Assembly (NCBI GenBank): GCA_043814605.1 | Contig: JBDRJV010000005.1 | Coordinates: 11,453-75,452, forward strand | From: Candidatus Omnitrophota bacterium | Lineage (GTDB): Bacteria > Omnitrophota > Gorgyraeia > B26-G9 | Reading direction: 5' to 3' | DNA length: 64,000 nucleotides | Part shown: piece by piece, positions 19,643 through 30,357 of the stretch | How the letters are laid out: each line of letters starts with the position of its first letter | Position numbering within the stretch: the first letter of the stretch is position 1 | Program-made: the position numbers and the translations under genes | Notes under the pieces: model-generated | What the model was told of the DNA's origin: nothing | The model's database searches: none | The model's input: the letters and a program-made list of their open reading frames with translations, nothing else

Positions 19643-20116
19643 ATGAAAATAAAATGGTTAATTTTAATTGTATTAATAATAATTTTAGCTTATTGCCAGA
19701 CTTCCGAGGCGATAAATTTTAACAGTGAAGAAAAAGAATCCCTGGAGATTTTAGTTAAAACAAGCAGATTGGTTTATCATAAAGATAAGGAGATTATGAT
19801 TTATGTTTTTTTTAAGAATAATGCGGAAGAGGCCTTAGAATTGTTGGAACCAGCAATTGATAAAAAGTCATTAATGTTTGAAATTGTACAACCAGACGGT
19901 AAAAAAGAAAAATTATTGGATATTTACGGCTTAAATTTAAAAAAAATTATTTTACCTCAGGATAAAAGAATAAAATTCAAAGCTAATTTTATTCCGGAAA
20001 TGCTAGGTACTTATCAGATAAATGTAAGTTATTTCGGGTTTCAAGATAAGGAAATAAAAGCCCGCCCAATTTCTGTTTATGTAGTTAGCCCCCCTCGGAA
20101 AGAAGCGGACCAATAG
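19643..20116 (+). CDS. hypothetical secreted protein
   Basis: N-terminal signal peptide; no recognisable domain. Confidence 0.4.
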   Translation: MKIKWLILIVLIIILAYCQTSEAINFNSEEKESLEILVKTSRLVYHKDKEIMIYVFFKNNAEEALELLEPAIDKKSLMFEIVQPDGKKEKLLDIYGLNLKKIILPQDKRIKFKANFIPEMLGTYQINVSYFGFQDKEIKARPISVYVVSPPRKEADQ

Positions 20117-20165
20117 TCAGAGTGCAAAATATAAATAAAAAAAGTTAAAATTGTTTAAAAATATT

Positions 20166-22115
20166 TTAAAGCCCTTCGCGTAATTGTTTTTCCGCATCTA
20201 TTTCATCCCGGTTGATCATTCTCAGCGCTTCCTGAATTTTTAATTTAAAAGATTTATCCACAAAAGGAATTACGGATAATTGGCGTAAAATTTGAATAAT
20301 CATTCTGAAATACCGGACAATTTCTCCTTCATCAGATTGGGTATATGATTTTACGCTGGATAAAGATTCACCGTGTGACCATTTTTCTATGGCCTGGTAA
20401 AGATTGAAGTAGGCTTTTTTACTTAAAGGATGGATTCTTAATTTTCTTTCTTTTTTAATTATAGAATTAATTAATGGGGCAATCTTTTTTTGCATATCCA
20501 TTGTTTCTGTATTTAATTTTATATGAGTTTGGTTTTTCCTAGGTTCAAAAACCAAAGCACCAATAATAGTCAATAAATTTATACTGGAGAGATTTTCCAA
20601 AATTCCACAGGAAAAAAGTTCGGTTATAATTAGTTCGTAGCCGTAAACAGAAGAGGCAAATTTTCCTTTAACCGTTAATTCATTATTTTTAATGTATTGA
20701 AGCTCTTTTAAAAGACTAATTTTAGAGCGTAAACGGACAATCGCATTTTTCCTTGAATTTTTAGTTGCTTGGTAATAGTGAAGGGTTAAAGGGTATACGT
20801 TGTAAAGCTGGTCTTTCCATTTTTGATAAAGATGAAGTAAGGTAGCATAGGAAAGATTAAATTGACTATGAATAGGTTCCGGGACCCCAAAAATAATTTT
20901 TTCTAGTTCATTAAAATCCATCCGGTAAGGATTTACGCGGAAATAAACAAACCCTTCTGTGTCGATACCCCGGCGTCCGGCGCGTCCGGCCATCTGGTAA
21001 TAATCACGGCAGCGGAGATTGGCAAAATAAAATCCGTAGAATTTTCTTAGCTCATCAAAGATTACAGTTTTGGCCGGCATATTGATACCGAGAGCGAAAG
21101 TTTCTGTGGTAAAAATTAGTTTTATGAGTCGGGATGTAAATAACTGTTCAATAACTTCTTTTAAGCTGGGAAGCAATCCGGCATGATGAAAAGCAATACC
21201 GTTAGTTATGATTGGATAGAGTCTCTTGGCAGAAGGCTCATTTTCTAAGTCATATTTTTTTAATAAGTTCTGAAATAAAATACTTAACTCAGTTTTTTCT
21301 GATGCGGTAAGTAAGTTTAAAAAATCAAAATTTTTTGTTTCAAACGCCAGTTCCTCGCAGCGTTTACGGCTGAACGAAAAATAAATTACAGGACTCTGGT
21401 TATTGTTTTGAACATGCTTTAATAAGTCACTAAGTCTGTTAAAAGGGGCACGCTTATTTTTTTTTCGAAAGGAATAATGTTTGGGCTTATTTTGGATAAA
21501 AATATTTTTTCTTAAAGAATTAATATCGAGGAATATTTTATTTTGTGCTTGAAAAATATGATGCAAGGGTACGGGGCGGTTTTTTTCAATAATTGTTTGT
21601 ATCGGATGGTTATGAATTTTTCTAATCCAGGCCGCAATCTGCTTGGCATTAGGCACGGTAGCACTTAAAGCTAAAATCCGCATATGAGCCGGACAAAAGA
21701 TTATTGATTCTTCCCAAACTGTACCGCGTTCCGGATCATCAATATAATGAACTTCATCAAAAATTACCCAAGAGATATTGTTAAATCTTTGCGGATCTTC
21801 CAGAAGAGTATTACGAAAAATTTCTGTGGTCATAATCAAAACCGGAGCTTGAGAATTTAAACTCACATCTCCGGTAAGGATACCGATGTGTTTTTTATAA
21901 ATGCGGCTAAAATCTCGGAATTTTTGGTTAGAAAGAGCTTTAATCGGAGCCGTGTAAACCACGCCTTGATTGTGCTCAATGCATTTATTAATCACATATT
22001 CAGCAATTGCGGTTTTACCGGAACCTGTTGGGGCACAAACAATCACTGAATTTCCGTCTTCTACGCTGCTAATTGCTTTTTTTTGGAATAAGTCGTATTG
22101 CATAATTAAGAGCAA
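20166..22115 (-). CDS. Ski2-like superfamily 2 DEAD/DEAH-box helicase
   Basis: Walker A APTGSGKT, DEVH box (FDEVHYIDD), SAT motif, and QMAGRAGRRG motif VI. Confidence 0.8.
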   Translation of the reverse strand: MLLIMQYDLFQKKAISSVEDGNSVIVCAPTGSGKTAIAEYVINKCIEHNQGVVYTAPIKALSNQKFRDFSRIYKKHIGILTGDVSLNSQAPVLIMTTEIFRNTLLEDPQRFNNISWVIFDEVHYIDDPERGTVWEESIIFCPAHMRILALSATVPNAKQIAAWIRKIHNHPIQTIIEKNRPVPLHHIFQAQNKIFLDINSLRKNIFIQNKPKHYSFRKKNKRAPFNRLSDLLKHVQNNNQSPVIYFSFSRKRCEELAFETKNFDFLNLLTASEKTELSILFQNLLKKYDLENEPSAKRLYPIITNGIAFHHAGLLPSLKEVIEQLFTSRLIKLIFTTETFALGINMPAKTVIFDELRKFYGFYFANLRCRDYYQMAGRAGRRGIDTEGFVYFRVNPYRMDFNELEKIIFGVPEPIHSQFNLSYATLLHLYQKWKDQLYNVYPLTLHYYQATKNSRKNAIVRLRSKISLLKELQYIKNNELTVKGKFASSVYGYELIITELFSCGILENLSSINLLTIIGALVFEPRKNQTHIKLNTETMDMQKKIAPLINSIIKKERKLRIHPLSKKAYFNLYQAIEKWSHGESLSSVKSYTQSDEGEIVRYFRMIIQILRQLSVIPFVDKSFKLKIQEALRMINRDEIDAEKQLREGL

Positions 22116-22261
22116 TTATAAGCCAAAATTGATTTTTTTCCAATGAAATTATAAAAATAGTATTATTAAAATCTTTACATATTTTTTCTAACATGTTAAT
22201 ATAAAAAATGTTACAGAAAATTGATATTAATTATAGATATTATGAAACAAAGGATTAGCAG

Positions 22262-23275
22262 ATGCCAGAATTTTGGATTTTTTTTAAACTGGTTTTTTTA
22301 GCGATGTTGCGGGTGTGGCTGATTATATTATGCGGGTTTCTGGCATTTCAAGTACACTTAATTAATAAGAAGCACATACATTTATTAAGTAGTTTAACAA
22401 TAAACCTACTATTACCTTGTTATATTTTTAGTCATTTTTTAGATAATTTGACTGGGGATTTACCGCAAAGGTGGTGGATATGCCCGATTTTAGGGATGGT
22501 TATTTGTGGATTAGGATTTACAGTGGGAAAGATTTTTATGGTGTTAACTAAACAACAGCATTATAAACAAGAATTTATCAGTACAGTGAGTTTTCAAAAT
22601 TGCGGATATTTACCTTTAATTCTTGCGATATCTGTATTTCCCGCTGATGTTGCGAAGATATTAGTTACTAATATCTTTTTATTTATTCAAGGGTTTAACT
22701 TTATTTTTTGGGGATTTGGGGTTCAATTATTAAAACCAGCTGGATCGCTATTAAAAATTGAATTTAGAAAAGTATTAAATGCACCGTTTATGGCTTTAAT
22801 TTTTAGTATGATTCTAATTTATACGAAAAGCTACAAATTTTTTCCGTCCGGGCTGATAAATATTACTCAAGGGTTTGGAATTTTGACTCTGCCTGTGGCC
22901 TTGATTATCCTGGGAGCAATTTTAGCTGAATGTATTCTTTTGTTTAAAGATATTAAAAGCACCAAAATTGTCAATAAACCGCTGGTAAAATCGGTAACAA
23001 TAGCCGAGATACTGAGTAAAGTTATTTTAATAAAATTAATAATTATGCCGGCAATTATATTGATTTTTATTTATTTAATTAAAATTCCTAAAATTATGTC
23101 GTTATTATTAGTGCTCGAGGCAGCCATGCCTTCCGCAATTAATTTATCAGTAGTTACTTTTTATCAAAAAGCAAAAAGTGATTTTATTGCAGCCGCTGTT
23201 TTTTTAACACATATTTTAGGAGTAATTACAATTCCGTTATTTCTGGCTATCGGGAAAATGATTATCGGTATTTAA
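22262..23275 (+). CDS. AEC (auxin efflux carrier-like) family membrane transporter
   Basis: About 10 TM helices. The N-terminal layout and the internal LP..YIFSHF pattern fit the AEC/PIN-like family only weakly. Confidence 0.45.
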   Translation: MPEFWIFFKLVFLAMLRVWLIILCGFLAFQVHLINKKHIHLLSSLTINLLLPCYIFSHFLDNLTGDLPQRWWICPILGMVICGLGFTVGKIFMVLTKQQHYKQEFISTVSFQNCGYLPLILAISVFPADVAKILVTNIFLFIQGFNFIFWGFGVQLLKPAGSLLKIEFRKVLNAPFMALIFSMILIYTKSYKFFPSGLINITQGFGILTLPVALIILGAILAECILLFKDIKSTKIVNKPLVKSVTIAEILSKVILIKLIIMPAIILIFIYLIKIPKIMSLLLVLEAAMPSAINLSVVTFYQKAKSDFIAAAVFLTHILGVITIPLFLAIGKMIIGI

Positions 23276-23313
23276 TGTTTGGAAATTTTTGAGTTTAAAG
23301 TGCAGGTTTATAT

Positions 23314-26037
23314 TTATCCCAGGTGTAATTCAATCGTAATGTGGCAGTTTTTAGGAAAATCCCGAATAGTTTCTTTTAAAATCTTAATTTTTTTAGGAGT
23401 AACTTTTTCAATAGACACAGCATGAGGGGTAATATTAACTTTGTTTATACGGTAGTCTGGATAATCTAATTTTTGAGGGTTCTGAATAATTACGCTAATT
23501 CGTCTTTGGGCAAAATAACAGGAAAGTGAAACTGTATCGGAATTTTTAAACTGTTCGCTAGTTAATTTAGGTTCGATAACTAGATCTCCAAAATGGCCTT
23601 TAACCCCAAAAACTTCGGTGAGTACTGTCATAATATACCAGCTAGCTGAACCGGTCAAATAAGAATACATACCTTTCCCGGAGAGATTAAAATATTCCGG
23701 CAGACAAGGATATATTTTACTTGTTTTTGTATCTGTGGCTAATTTAAACAAACTTTCCAGAACAGAGTGGGCTTCAGAGACAAAATTCCGTTGATAAAGA
23801 GCATAAGCAAACATAACACACATATGAGAAAAAATTGCACCGTTTTCTTTTTCTCCGTAAGAAAAAGCAAAAGCCCGGCCCAAATCTATCTGCAAATTTT
23901 TGAAATTTGTGTTTAATCTAAAACCTTGTAATTTTTTATCTTTTAAGAATTTATTCACGGCTTTATAGATTTGGCGTGTTTGTTTTTTAGAAGCAGCTCC
24001 GCTTAATATCGGAAAGACTTGGCCGGTTAAAGTCATTCTCAGCTTTCCGTTAACTTTTCCTTCAACCCGTTTGCCTTTGTTATCATAATATCCATTAAAA
24101 AATCCTATATTCTTGCTTACGGTAATCCATTCTTTCTTTCTTACATGTTCGAAAAGCCATTGCCATTTCTGAGATAAGTCTGTGATTAAATCATCAATCT
24201 TTACGGAAACTTTTTTACCACTGATTCGAAATTTTACCGCATTGAAATAGCGGCGTAAAAGAGCAATCTTTTCATCAACCTGGTTATAATTTATTGGTTT
24301 GCGATTTAATCGGTCCAGCAGAATGATGACTTCACGCGCTAAATGCAGATTTTTTTTCTTTTTCTTTTTCTTTTTTAATTCAATTAATAGCATCGTGATT
24401 TCATAAATATTTCTTGCGTAAAAGCAAGTAAAAGCCACACTTTCGCCTTTTTCCTGAGCCATATCTAACCCGTCATTCCAATCCGCATCTTCTAACCGGA
24501 TATTATTGTGTTTGCCCACATTAAAAAATTGCACTAAATGTTGGATGAGGATGTGTTCGAGTATTGTCCCTTGATAAATGTGTGCATTTTTATCATGGAG
24601 TTGGTTACTGTGTTTATGCTGGGGTTTCCAATTATGATCAATCTCTTTTGCACGGGACAATTGTTGGTCATAAAAGTAAGTATTTTTTTCAAATAAAATA
24701 TTGAAATCTCCCGTTTGATGAATATATAGATGCAAAGTAAAAAATGGCCAAACTCCATGATCCATCCAGACGCGTGAAATTTTATTACGATCCGCAATAA
24801 AGCAGCCGGGCTTTTTTGTGATAATTGTGGCGTTAGTGCCATCAATTCTAACTCCGGAAAAATTTGCAGTTAATATTTCCCGGGTTTGTTCCGGATGCGC
24901 TAAAATCAAAGTTAAACAATCTTGCCAAAGATCCCGCCATCCTTTGCCGCCGCGGCCGTAGTCAAACTCAGGAAGAAAGGAGCAGCCAAAAATTTTACGT
25001 AAAATTGGCTGCAAGGTTACCCAGCGCAGCCAATTATCTTTAATTTGTTCACCAGTACAAAAACTAATTGCATCAATTCGTTTTTTCCAATAATCAATAT
25101 TTTTCGCGATTGCCAAGCGGAGTTTTTCTTTGCTATTAAATTTTTTGAATGTTCTGCTGATTTCTGAAGCATTTGGTGCGATACCTAACATTAAAATATA
25201 GGTTACCGATTCATCTGGAATTAATGTTTTTGTTTTAAAACGTAATGCGCCAATAGCTTCTTTACCTTGATGGACAAGTTCAACTTTTTTTATCGGCGAA
25301 AGATTTTCCATAATTGCTTTAGGGGTGGCTAAACACCCGCCTTCACCGATAAATGATTCAATTGTGGGGAATTGGCCTATAGGTAAAGCCCCTTGTTCTT
25401 CGCAGCCCAGAACATAATAAGCATAAGTATTTATTTGATGCCCGCGTTCATCAAAAGACATTTCTGGTTTTATTACAATTCCGTTTTTTAAGAGTTTAAT
25501 ACGGTGCAACAAACTGGTTACATGCCGGTGATCGCGCAAGTTATCAGCTGAACGGCCAAAAATAGGGATAGCTGATGTGGGCGTAAAAGTAATTGTCCGT
25601 GTAGATATGTTGGTGATTTTTATAGACATTAATTCAACATGCTCATCATGGACCGGGATAAAGTTTGTGATATTTGCCGTGATTCCCAGCTCATTATTTG
25701 TTCTGGTTATGGTGTGCCATAATATCCCGGCATTTAAGATTACTTTTTCTGGGTAATGACAAAAGCAAGCAGTTGTATTAATTGACCAGGGCAACTCATC
25801 TTGCAGATGAACCCAAAAATTTCGGGAGGAAATTGTATTGTATAAATCCTCGCTAGTAATCGGCTGCATTAAAAAATTATTTTGGCCGATTTTGATATCA
25901 CCTTTGAGTAAAGGAGTGATGGAAGACATGAACTCTGCTTCGTTAGCCAAAGGAAAATAAAGCCGGCTAATTTTTTCAGGGTGTTCGAATACAAAATCAC
26001 CGTTACGATTTCTGAATTTCCAAAGCTCTTTTTTCAT
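23314..26037 (-). CDS. large glycoside hydrolase/phosphorylase-like protein ((alpha/alpha)6-barrel type) with internal poly-Lys stretch
   Basis: GKGWRDLWQDC resembles the catalytic region of GH94/GH65-type phosphorylases. 907 aa; the family assignment is tentative. Confidence 0.4.
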   Translation of the reverse strand: MKKELWKFRNRNGDFVFEHPEKISRLYFPLANEAEFMSSITPLLKGDIKIGQNNFLMQPITSEDLYNTISSRNFWVHLQDELPWSINTTACFCHYPEKVILNAGILWHTITRTNNELGITANITNFIPVHDEHVELMSIKITNISTRTITFTPTSAIPIFGRSADNLRDHRHVTSLLHRIKLLKNGIVIKPEMSFDERGHQINTYAYYVLGCEEQGALPIGQFPTIESFIGEGGCLATPKAIMENLSPIKKVELVHQGKEAIGALRFKTKTLIPDESVTYILMLGIAPNASEISRTFKKFNSKEKLRLAIAKNIDYWKKRIDAISFCTGEQIKDNWLRWVTLQPILRKIFGCSFLPEFDYGRGGKGWRDLWQDCLTLILAHPEQTREILTANFSGVRIDGTNATIITKKPGCFIADRNKISRVWMDHGVWPFFTLHLYIHQTGDFNILFEKNTYFYDQQLSRAKEIDHNWKPQHKHSNQLHDKNAHIYQGTILEHILIQHLVQFFNVGKHNNIRLEDADWNDGLDMAQEKGESVAFTCFYARNIYEITMLLIELKKKKKKKKNLHLAREVIILLDRLNRKPINYNQVDEKIALLRRYFNAVKFRISGKKVSVKIDDLITDLSQKWQWLFEHVRKKEWITVSKNIGFFNGYYDNKGKRVEGKVNGKLRMTLTGQVFPILSGAASKKQTRQIYKAVNKFLKDKKLQGFRLNTNFKNLQIDLGRAFAFSYGEKENGAIFSHMCVMFAYALYQRNFVSEAHSVLESLFKLATDTKTSKIYPCLPEYFNLSGKGMYSYLTGSASWYIMTVLTEVFGVKGHFGDLVIEPKLTSEQFKNSDTVSLSCYFAQRRISVIIQNPQKLDYPDYRINKVNITPHAVSIEKVTPKKIKILKETIRDFPKNCHITIELHLG
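24350..24380. repeat. homopolymer-rich T8-C-T5-C-T5-C-T6 tract (encodes K8 on the minus strand)
   Basis: Read directly from the sequence; the A8 run lies on the coding strand of the 907-aa gene. Confidence 0.9.
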
Positions 26038-26203
26038 GGATTATCCTTGAATTATTATATTTTTAGGGCCGAATGATATTGGGTTATTTATTTAGGTCTT
26101 AATTATAATATAAATAATGTCTTAACGCAAGTAAAAACCTGAGGATAGGGTTGATAATTTATGGCTTATTTCGTGTGTTTTATTCTGATTCATATCTGTT
26201 TAA

Positions 26204-26232
26204 TTGACAGCAAGTTATTTATATGTTAAAAT
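26204..26232 (+). promoter_or_regulatory. consensus sigma70 promoter TTGACA-17-TAAAAT upstream of the rmlD-like gene
   Basis: TTGACA at 26204-26209 and TAAAAT at 26227-26232 with exact 17-nt spacing, followed by a GAGGGA ribosome-binding site and the ATG at 26269. Confidence 0.55.
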
Positions 26233-26268
26233 TTTTCCCTATATACAGAATGAGGGAATAATGTACAT

Positions 26269-27192
26269 ATGGAAGAATACTCTAAAAAACGCATATTGAT
26301 CACCGGAGTAAAAGGCATGCTCGGTCCGGATTTAGCAGAGGAATTAGCTAAAGACTATCATGTTTTTGGTCTGGATTTAGATGTTTCTGAACCAAGTAAT
26401 AATTATTTTTTATGTGATATCACAAAAAAAGAAGATTTAGAGAACATCTTTACTAAAGTAAATCCTTGGCTTGTGATCCACAGCGCAGCTTATACAAACG
26501 TTGATTTAGCGGAAGATTACCCAGAACTGGTAAATTTGGTTAATGTGCAAGGGACAAAGTATGTTGCAGAGTTTTGTAATCAGTTTAAGGCTAAATTAGT
26601 TTATATTAGTACTGATTATGTTTTTGATGGGGAAAAAGAAGGCGGGTATGATGAATATGATTTACCTAATCCAATCAATGTTTATGGGCATTCAAAGCTA
26701 GGGGGGGAAAAAGTTGTTAGTTCTCTTTTATCAGAATATTTAATTGTTCGGACAAGCTGGCTTTTTGGTTATCACGGGAAGAATTTTGTGACGACAATAA
26801 TTGATAAGGCCAAGCATGCAACCCAGTTAAAAGTTGTTAATGACCAGAGGGGTTCTCCGACATACACAAAGAGTCTGGCGCAGGCAATTAATAAATTAAT
26901 TACTGCAGTTTTTTCAATTTCAAAAATGGGAGAAAGATACGGAATATTTCATATTAGCAATACCGGAAATTGCAGTTGGTTTGAATTTGCCCAGGAAATT
27001 CTTAAACTAAACAATATAAACATAAAAGTTATCCCCGTGACAACTCTGGATTTTCCCCGCGCCGCGCAAAGACCAAAATCAAGTGTTTTAAATAACCGGC
27101 ATTATCAAAGAATTACCCATGATGAAATTTGCAGTTGGCAAAAAGCCCTGCAAAATTATTTTTCTGATTTTTCAAATTTTCCGAATTTTTAG
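26269..27192 (+). CDS. dTDP-4-dehydrorhamnose reductase-like (RmlD family) NAD(P)-dependent reductase
   Basis: RmlD substrate-binding domain pattern: ILITGVKGMLG ... YISTDYVFDG ... YGHSKLGGE. Confidence 0.75.
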   Translation: MEEYSKKRILITGVKGMLGPDLAEELAKDYHVFGLDLDVSEPSNNYFLCDITKKEDLENIFTKVNPWLVIHSAAYTNVDLAEDYPELVNLVNVQGTKYVAEFCNQFKAKLVYISTDYVFDGEKEGGYDEYDLPNPINVYGHSKLGGEKVVSSLLSEYLIVRTSWLFGYHGKNFVTTIIDKAKHATQLKVVNDQRGSPTYTKSLAQAINKLITAVFSISKMGERYGIFHISNTGNCSWFEFAQEILKLNNINIKVIPVTTLDFPRAAQRPKSSVLNNRHYQRITHDEICSWQKALQNYFSDFSNFPNF

Positions 27193-27246
27193 AATTACAT
27201 TTAAATTGAAATAAATTTTATTTAATATTTGGTAAATAGGTCCTCT

Positions 27247-28167
27247 ATGAATATTGTTATTACCGGCGGAGCAGGATTTTTAGGATCACATTTGTGTGAA
27301 AAATTACTTTCCCAGAAGCACAAGGTAATCTGTGTAGATAATTTTATTACTGGTTCGATGGAAAATATTCGTGCTTTTTTGAAAGATAAAAATTTCAAGC
27401 TTAAAATGCATGACATTAGTAACCATATAACTATTGAAAACAAAGTAGATTATGTTTTGCATTTTGCTTCACCGGCTAGCCCTTCAGATTATTTAGATTT
27501 TCCGATTCAAACGCTTAAAGTGGGCAGCCTGGGGACACATAATGCTTTGGGGTTAGCTAAGGAAAAAAAAGCAAAATTTTTATTAGCGTCTACGAGTGAA
27601 GTTTACGGAGATCCTTTAGTTCATCCGCAAAAAGAAGGTTATTGGGGCAATGTTAATCCGATCGGTCCGCGGGGAGTATATGATGAGGCCAAAAGATTTG
27701 CGGAATCAATAACCTTAGCTTATCACCGGGTACATAAAATTGATACAAAAATTGTGAGAATTTTTAATACATTTGGACCGGGAATGCGTAAAAATGACGG
27801 ACGGGCCATTCCCAATTTTATTTATCAGGCAGTGCATAATAAACCGATAACGATTTATGGTACAGGTAAACAAACAAGATCTTTTTGTTATATTGACGAT
27901 TTGATTAACGGGATTTTGAAGTTAATGAAATCTAAATTAAATGTGCCGGTTAATATTGGTAATCCCAAAGAAATGACTTTATTAGAATTAGTCAAAGATA
28001 TAATTAAAATTACCGGCTCAAAAAGCAAGATTGTTTTTAAAAATCTTCCCATTGATGATCCAAAAAAAAGAAGACCGGATATTTCCCGGGCTAAAAAGTG
28101 TTTAGGATGGGAACCTAAATATTCTGTGCACCAGGGATTACTAAAAACAGTGGAGTGGTTTAAATAG
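27247..28167 (+). CDS. UDP-glucuronate decarboxylase / UDP-xylose synthase-like short-chain dehydratase
   Basis: [13 protein letters not shown] Rossmann motif, then [10 protein letters not shown] and a YDEAK catalytic motif. A TTG at 27229 is an alternative start. Confidence 0.8.
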   Translation: MNIVITGGAGFLGSHLCEKLLSQKHKVICVDNFITGSMENIRAFLKDKNFKLKMHDISNHITIENKVDYVLHFASPASPSDYLDFPIQTLKVGSLGTHNALGLAKEKKAKFLLASTSEVYGDPLVHPQKEGYWGNVNPIGPRGVYDEAKRFAESITLAYHRVHKIDTKIVRIFNTFGPGMRKNDGRAIPNFIYQAVHNKPITIYGTGKQTRSFCYIDDLINGILKLMKSKLNVPVNIGNPKEMTLLELVKDIIKITGSKSKIVFKNLPIDDPKKRRPDISRAKKCLGWEPKYSVHQGLLKTVEWFK

Positions 28168-28175
28168 TTATTTAA

Positions 28176-28613
28176 ATGAAAAAAAACAAGAAAGAAATTT
28201 CTGCCGGCGGCGTTGTTCTTAAAAAAGATGATCAAGGCTTGATTTATGTTATTATTTATTGTCGGAATAATGGTAGGCAATGGTGTTTACCAAAAGGAAA
28301 AATTGAAAAAAATGAAACAATAGAACAAACCGCTTTACGCGAAGTAAGAGAAGAAACAGGAATTACCGGTAAAATTATTTGTGCCTTGCCGGATATTTGT
28401 TATCAGTATCAGGGCAAGCACAGTGGGGTCATTTTCGATAAAACTGTTTATTTTTTTTTGATGCAGTATGAAAGCGGAGAAATTAACGCTGATGATTATG
28501 GGGTGGAAGAAGTAAAGTGGTATAATTTGGATCAGGCCATAGCTAAATTAAGCTTTGAAAATGAAAAAAATGTTCTAAAAAGAGCAAAGCAGATTATAAT
28601 TAATAATAAATAG
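28176..28613 (+). CDS. NUDIX hydrolase
   Basis: Nudix box GKIEKNETIEQTALREVREETGI. Confidence 0.8.
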   Translation: MKKNKKEISAGGVVLKKDDQGLIYVIIYCRNNGRQWCLPKGKIEKNETIEQTALREVREETGITGKIICALPDICYQYQGKHSGVIFDKTVYFFLMQYESGEINADDYGVEEVKWYNLDQAIAKLSFENEKNVLKRAKQIIINNK

Positions 28614-28622
28614 TTATAGAAT

Positions 28623-30356
28623 ATGAAATTTAAAAATTTAGTAATTTATTTTGAACGCTTAGAGTCAACAACAAAGCGTTTAGAAATGATCGATATTCTT
28701 GCCGCACTTTTTAAAAGTTTAAATTCTCAAGATAAAAAAAATATTGAAAAAATAATTTATTTTATTCAAGGCCAATTACTCCCTTCTTTTAAGAGTGTTG
28801 AATTCGGAATCAGTGAAAAAATAATTCATCGGGCAATAATTGAAGCTACAGGCTGCCGTGATCAAAAAATTAAAGAGATATTCAAAAAATACGGAGATTA
28901 TGGGCAAGTAGCAGAAGAAGTTTGTGTGGAGCAGACAAACAGTCCTGATTTTTTTGAAGTTTATGAAAATTTAGAGGAATTAGCAGTTTTTGCTGGAGAT
29001 GGAGCAGTGGGGAAAAAAGTCGATTTTTTAGCCAGGCTTTTAAATGCGGTTTCGGCAACAGAAGCTAAGTATGTTGTGCGTATTATTTTAGGTAAATTGA
29101 GATTAGGAGTGGGAGATCCAACTTTGTTAGATAGCCTTTGCTTAGCTTATTTTGACGATAAATTTTTTCGTACTGATTTAGAACGCACCTATAATTTGTG
29201 TTCGGATTTAGGATTAGTCGCAAAAACACTTTTTAATCAGGGAAAACAGGCTATTCTTGATTTTAAAGTTATTGTCGGCAATCCCGTGAGGGTAGCTTTA
29301 GCCGCACGCTTGTCTAGTCCGGAGGAAATTATTGAGAAAATAGGTGAATGTGCCGTAGAGGCTAAATATGATGGGTTTCGCTGTCAGGTTCATAAAAAGG
29401 GGGAAAAAGTAGAAATATTTTCCCGAAATTTAGAAAATATGACACATATGTTTCCGGAAATAAAAGCAGGAACGTTATCTCAGATTAAAGAAAAGAACGT
29501 TATTTTTGAAGGAGAAGCTTTGGCTTATGATCCGAAAAGCGGAGTCTGTCTGCCTTTTCAAGTTACAGTACAAAGAAAACGAAAATATGATATTGCTAAA
29601 ATGCAGAAACAGTTCCCCTTAAGGCTTTTTGTTTTTGATATACTTTATGATGGGACCGATCTTACGCAGCAAACATATTTGCAGAGAAGAAAAATCATGG
29701 ATAGAATTATCCGTAAAGGTAAAGTTTTAGAAATTTCCCCCATGGAAATTGTAAAAACTGCAGATAGATTAATCGATGTTTTTGAAACAGCGCTTGATTG
29801 TGGACGAGAAGGTATTGTGGCTAAACGTTTGGATGGTGAGTATCGGGCCGGGGGAAGAAATTTTAATTGGATTAAGTTGAAACAATCTTATTCTAAAAAA
29901 CTTAATGATACTGTTGACTGTGTAATTGTAGGTTATTTTTCCGGACGAGGCTTAAGGGCTGCTTTTGGTGTAGGTTCACTTTTAGCTTGTGTTTATGATA
30001 AAACAGATAATCATTTTAAAACAATTGCTAAAATTGGTTCAGGATTAAGTGAATTAGAGTTGAAAAAATTGAAAAATTTACTGGATAAAATTAAAATGGA
30101 CCATAAACCGGAACTAGTTAATTCTGTTATTGAACCGGATGTATGGGTTGAACCTAAATATGTAATGGAAGTTCAGGCAGATGAAATAACAAAAAGCCCG
30201 GTACACACTTGCGGAAAGGGAAAAGGTGATTTGACGGGGTTTGCTTTGCGATTTCCGCGCACAGTAGGATTTATCCGTACAGATAAAAACGCAGAAGATG
30301 CAACGTGTGTTGATGAGATTATAAATATGTTTGCAATCCAGGGGGGAAAAAAATAG
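28623..30356 (+). CDS. ATP-dependent DNA ligase (three-domain LigB/archaeal-eukaryal type)
   Basis: Adenylation motif I KYDGFRCQ, an OB-fold C-terminus and an N-terminal DNA-binding domain. No LigD polymerase or phosphoesterase domains. Confidence 0.8.
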   Translation: MKFKNLVIYFERLESTTKRLEMIDILAALFKSLNSQDKKNIEKIIYFIQGQLLPSFKSVEFGISEKIIHRAIIEATGCRDQKIKEIFKKYGDYGQVAEEVCVEQTNSPDFFEVYENLEELAVFAGDGAVGKKVDFLARLLNAVSATEAKYVVRIILGKLRLGVGDPTLLDSLCLAYFDDKFFRTDLERTYNLCSDLGLVAKTLFNQGKQAILDFKVIVGNPVRVALAARLSSPEEIIEKIGECAVEAKYDGFRCQVHKKGEKVEIFSRNLENMTHMFPEIKAGTLSQIKEKNVIFEGEALAYDPKSGVCLPFQVTVQRKRKYDIAKMQKQFPLRLFVFDILYDGTDLTQQTYLQRRKIMDRIIRKGKVLEISPMEIVKTADRLIDVFETALDCGREGIVAKRLDGEYRAGGRNFNWIKLKQSYSKKLNDTVDCVIVGYFSGRGLRAAFGVGSLLACVYDKTDNHFKTIAKIGSGLSELELKKLKNLLDKIKMDHKPELVNSVIEPDVWVEPKYVMEVQADEITKSPVHTCGKGKGDLTGFALRFPRTVGFIRTDKNAEDATCVDEIINMFAIQGGKK

Positions 30357-30357
30357 T

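Noticed and set aside
26269-27192. Considered a full dTDP-rhamnose pathway.
   Set aside because: Only an RmlD-like reductase is present. No rmlA, rmlB or rmlC lie nearby, so the precise substrate is uncertain and only the family-level call is kept.
28623-30356. Considered calling the ATP-dependent ligase a LigD-type NHEJ ligase.
   Set aside because: There are no polymerase or phosphoesterase domains and no Ku gene in the window. The architecture is the three-domain LigB type.
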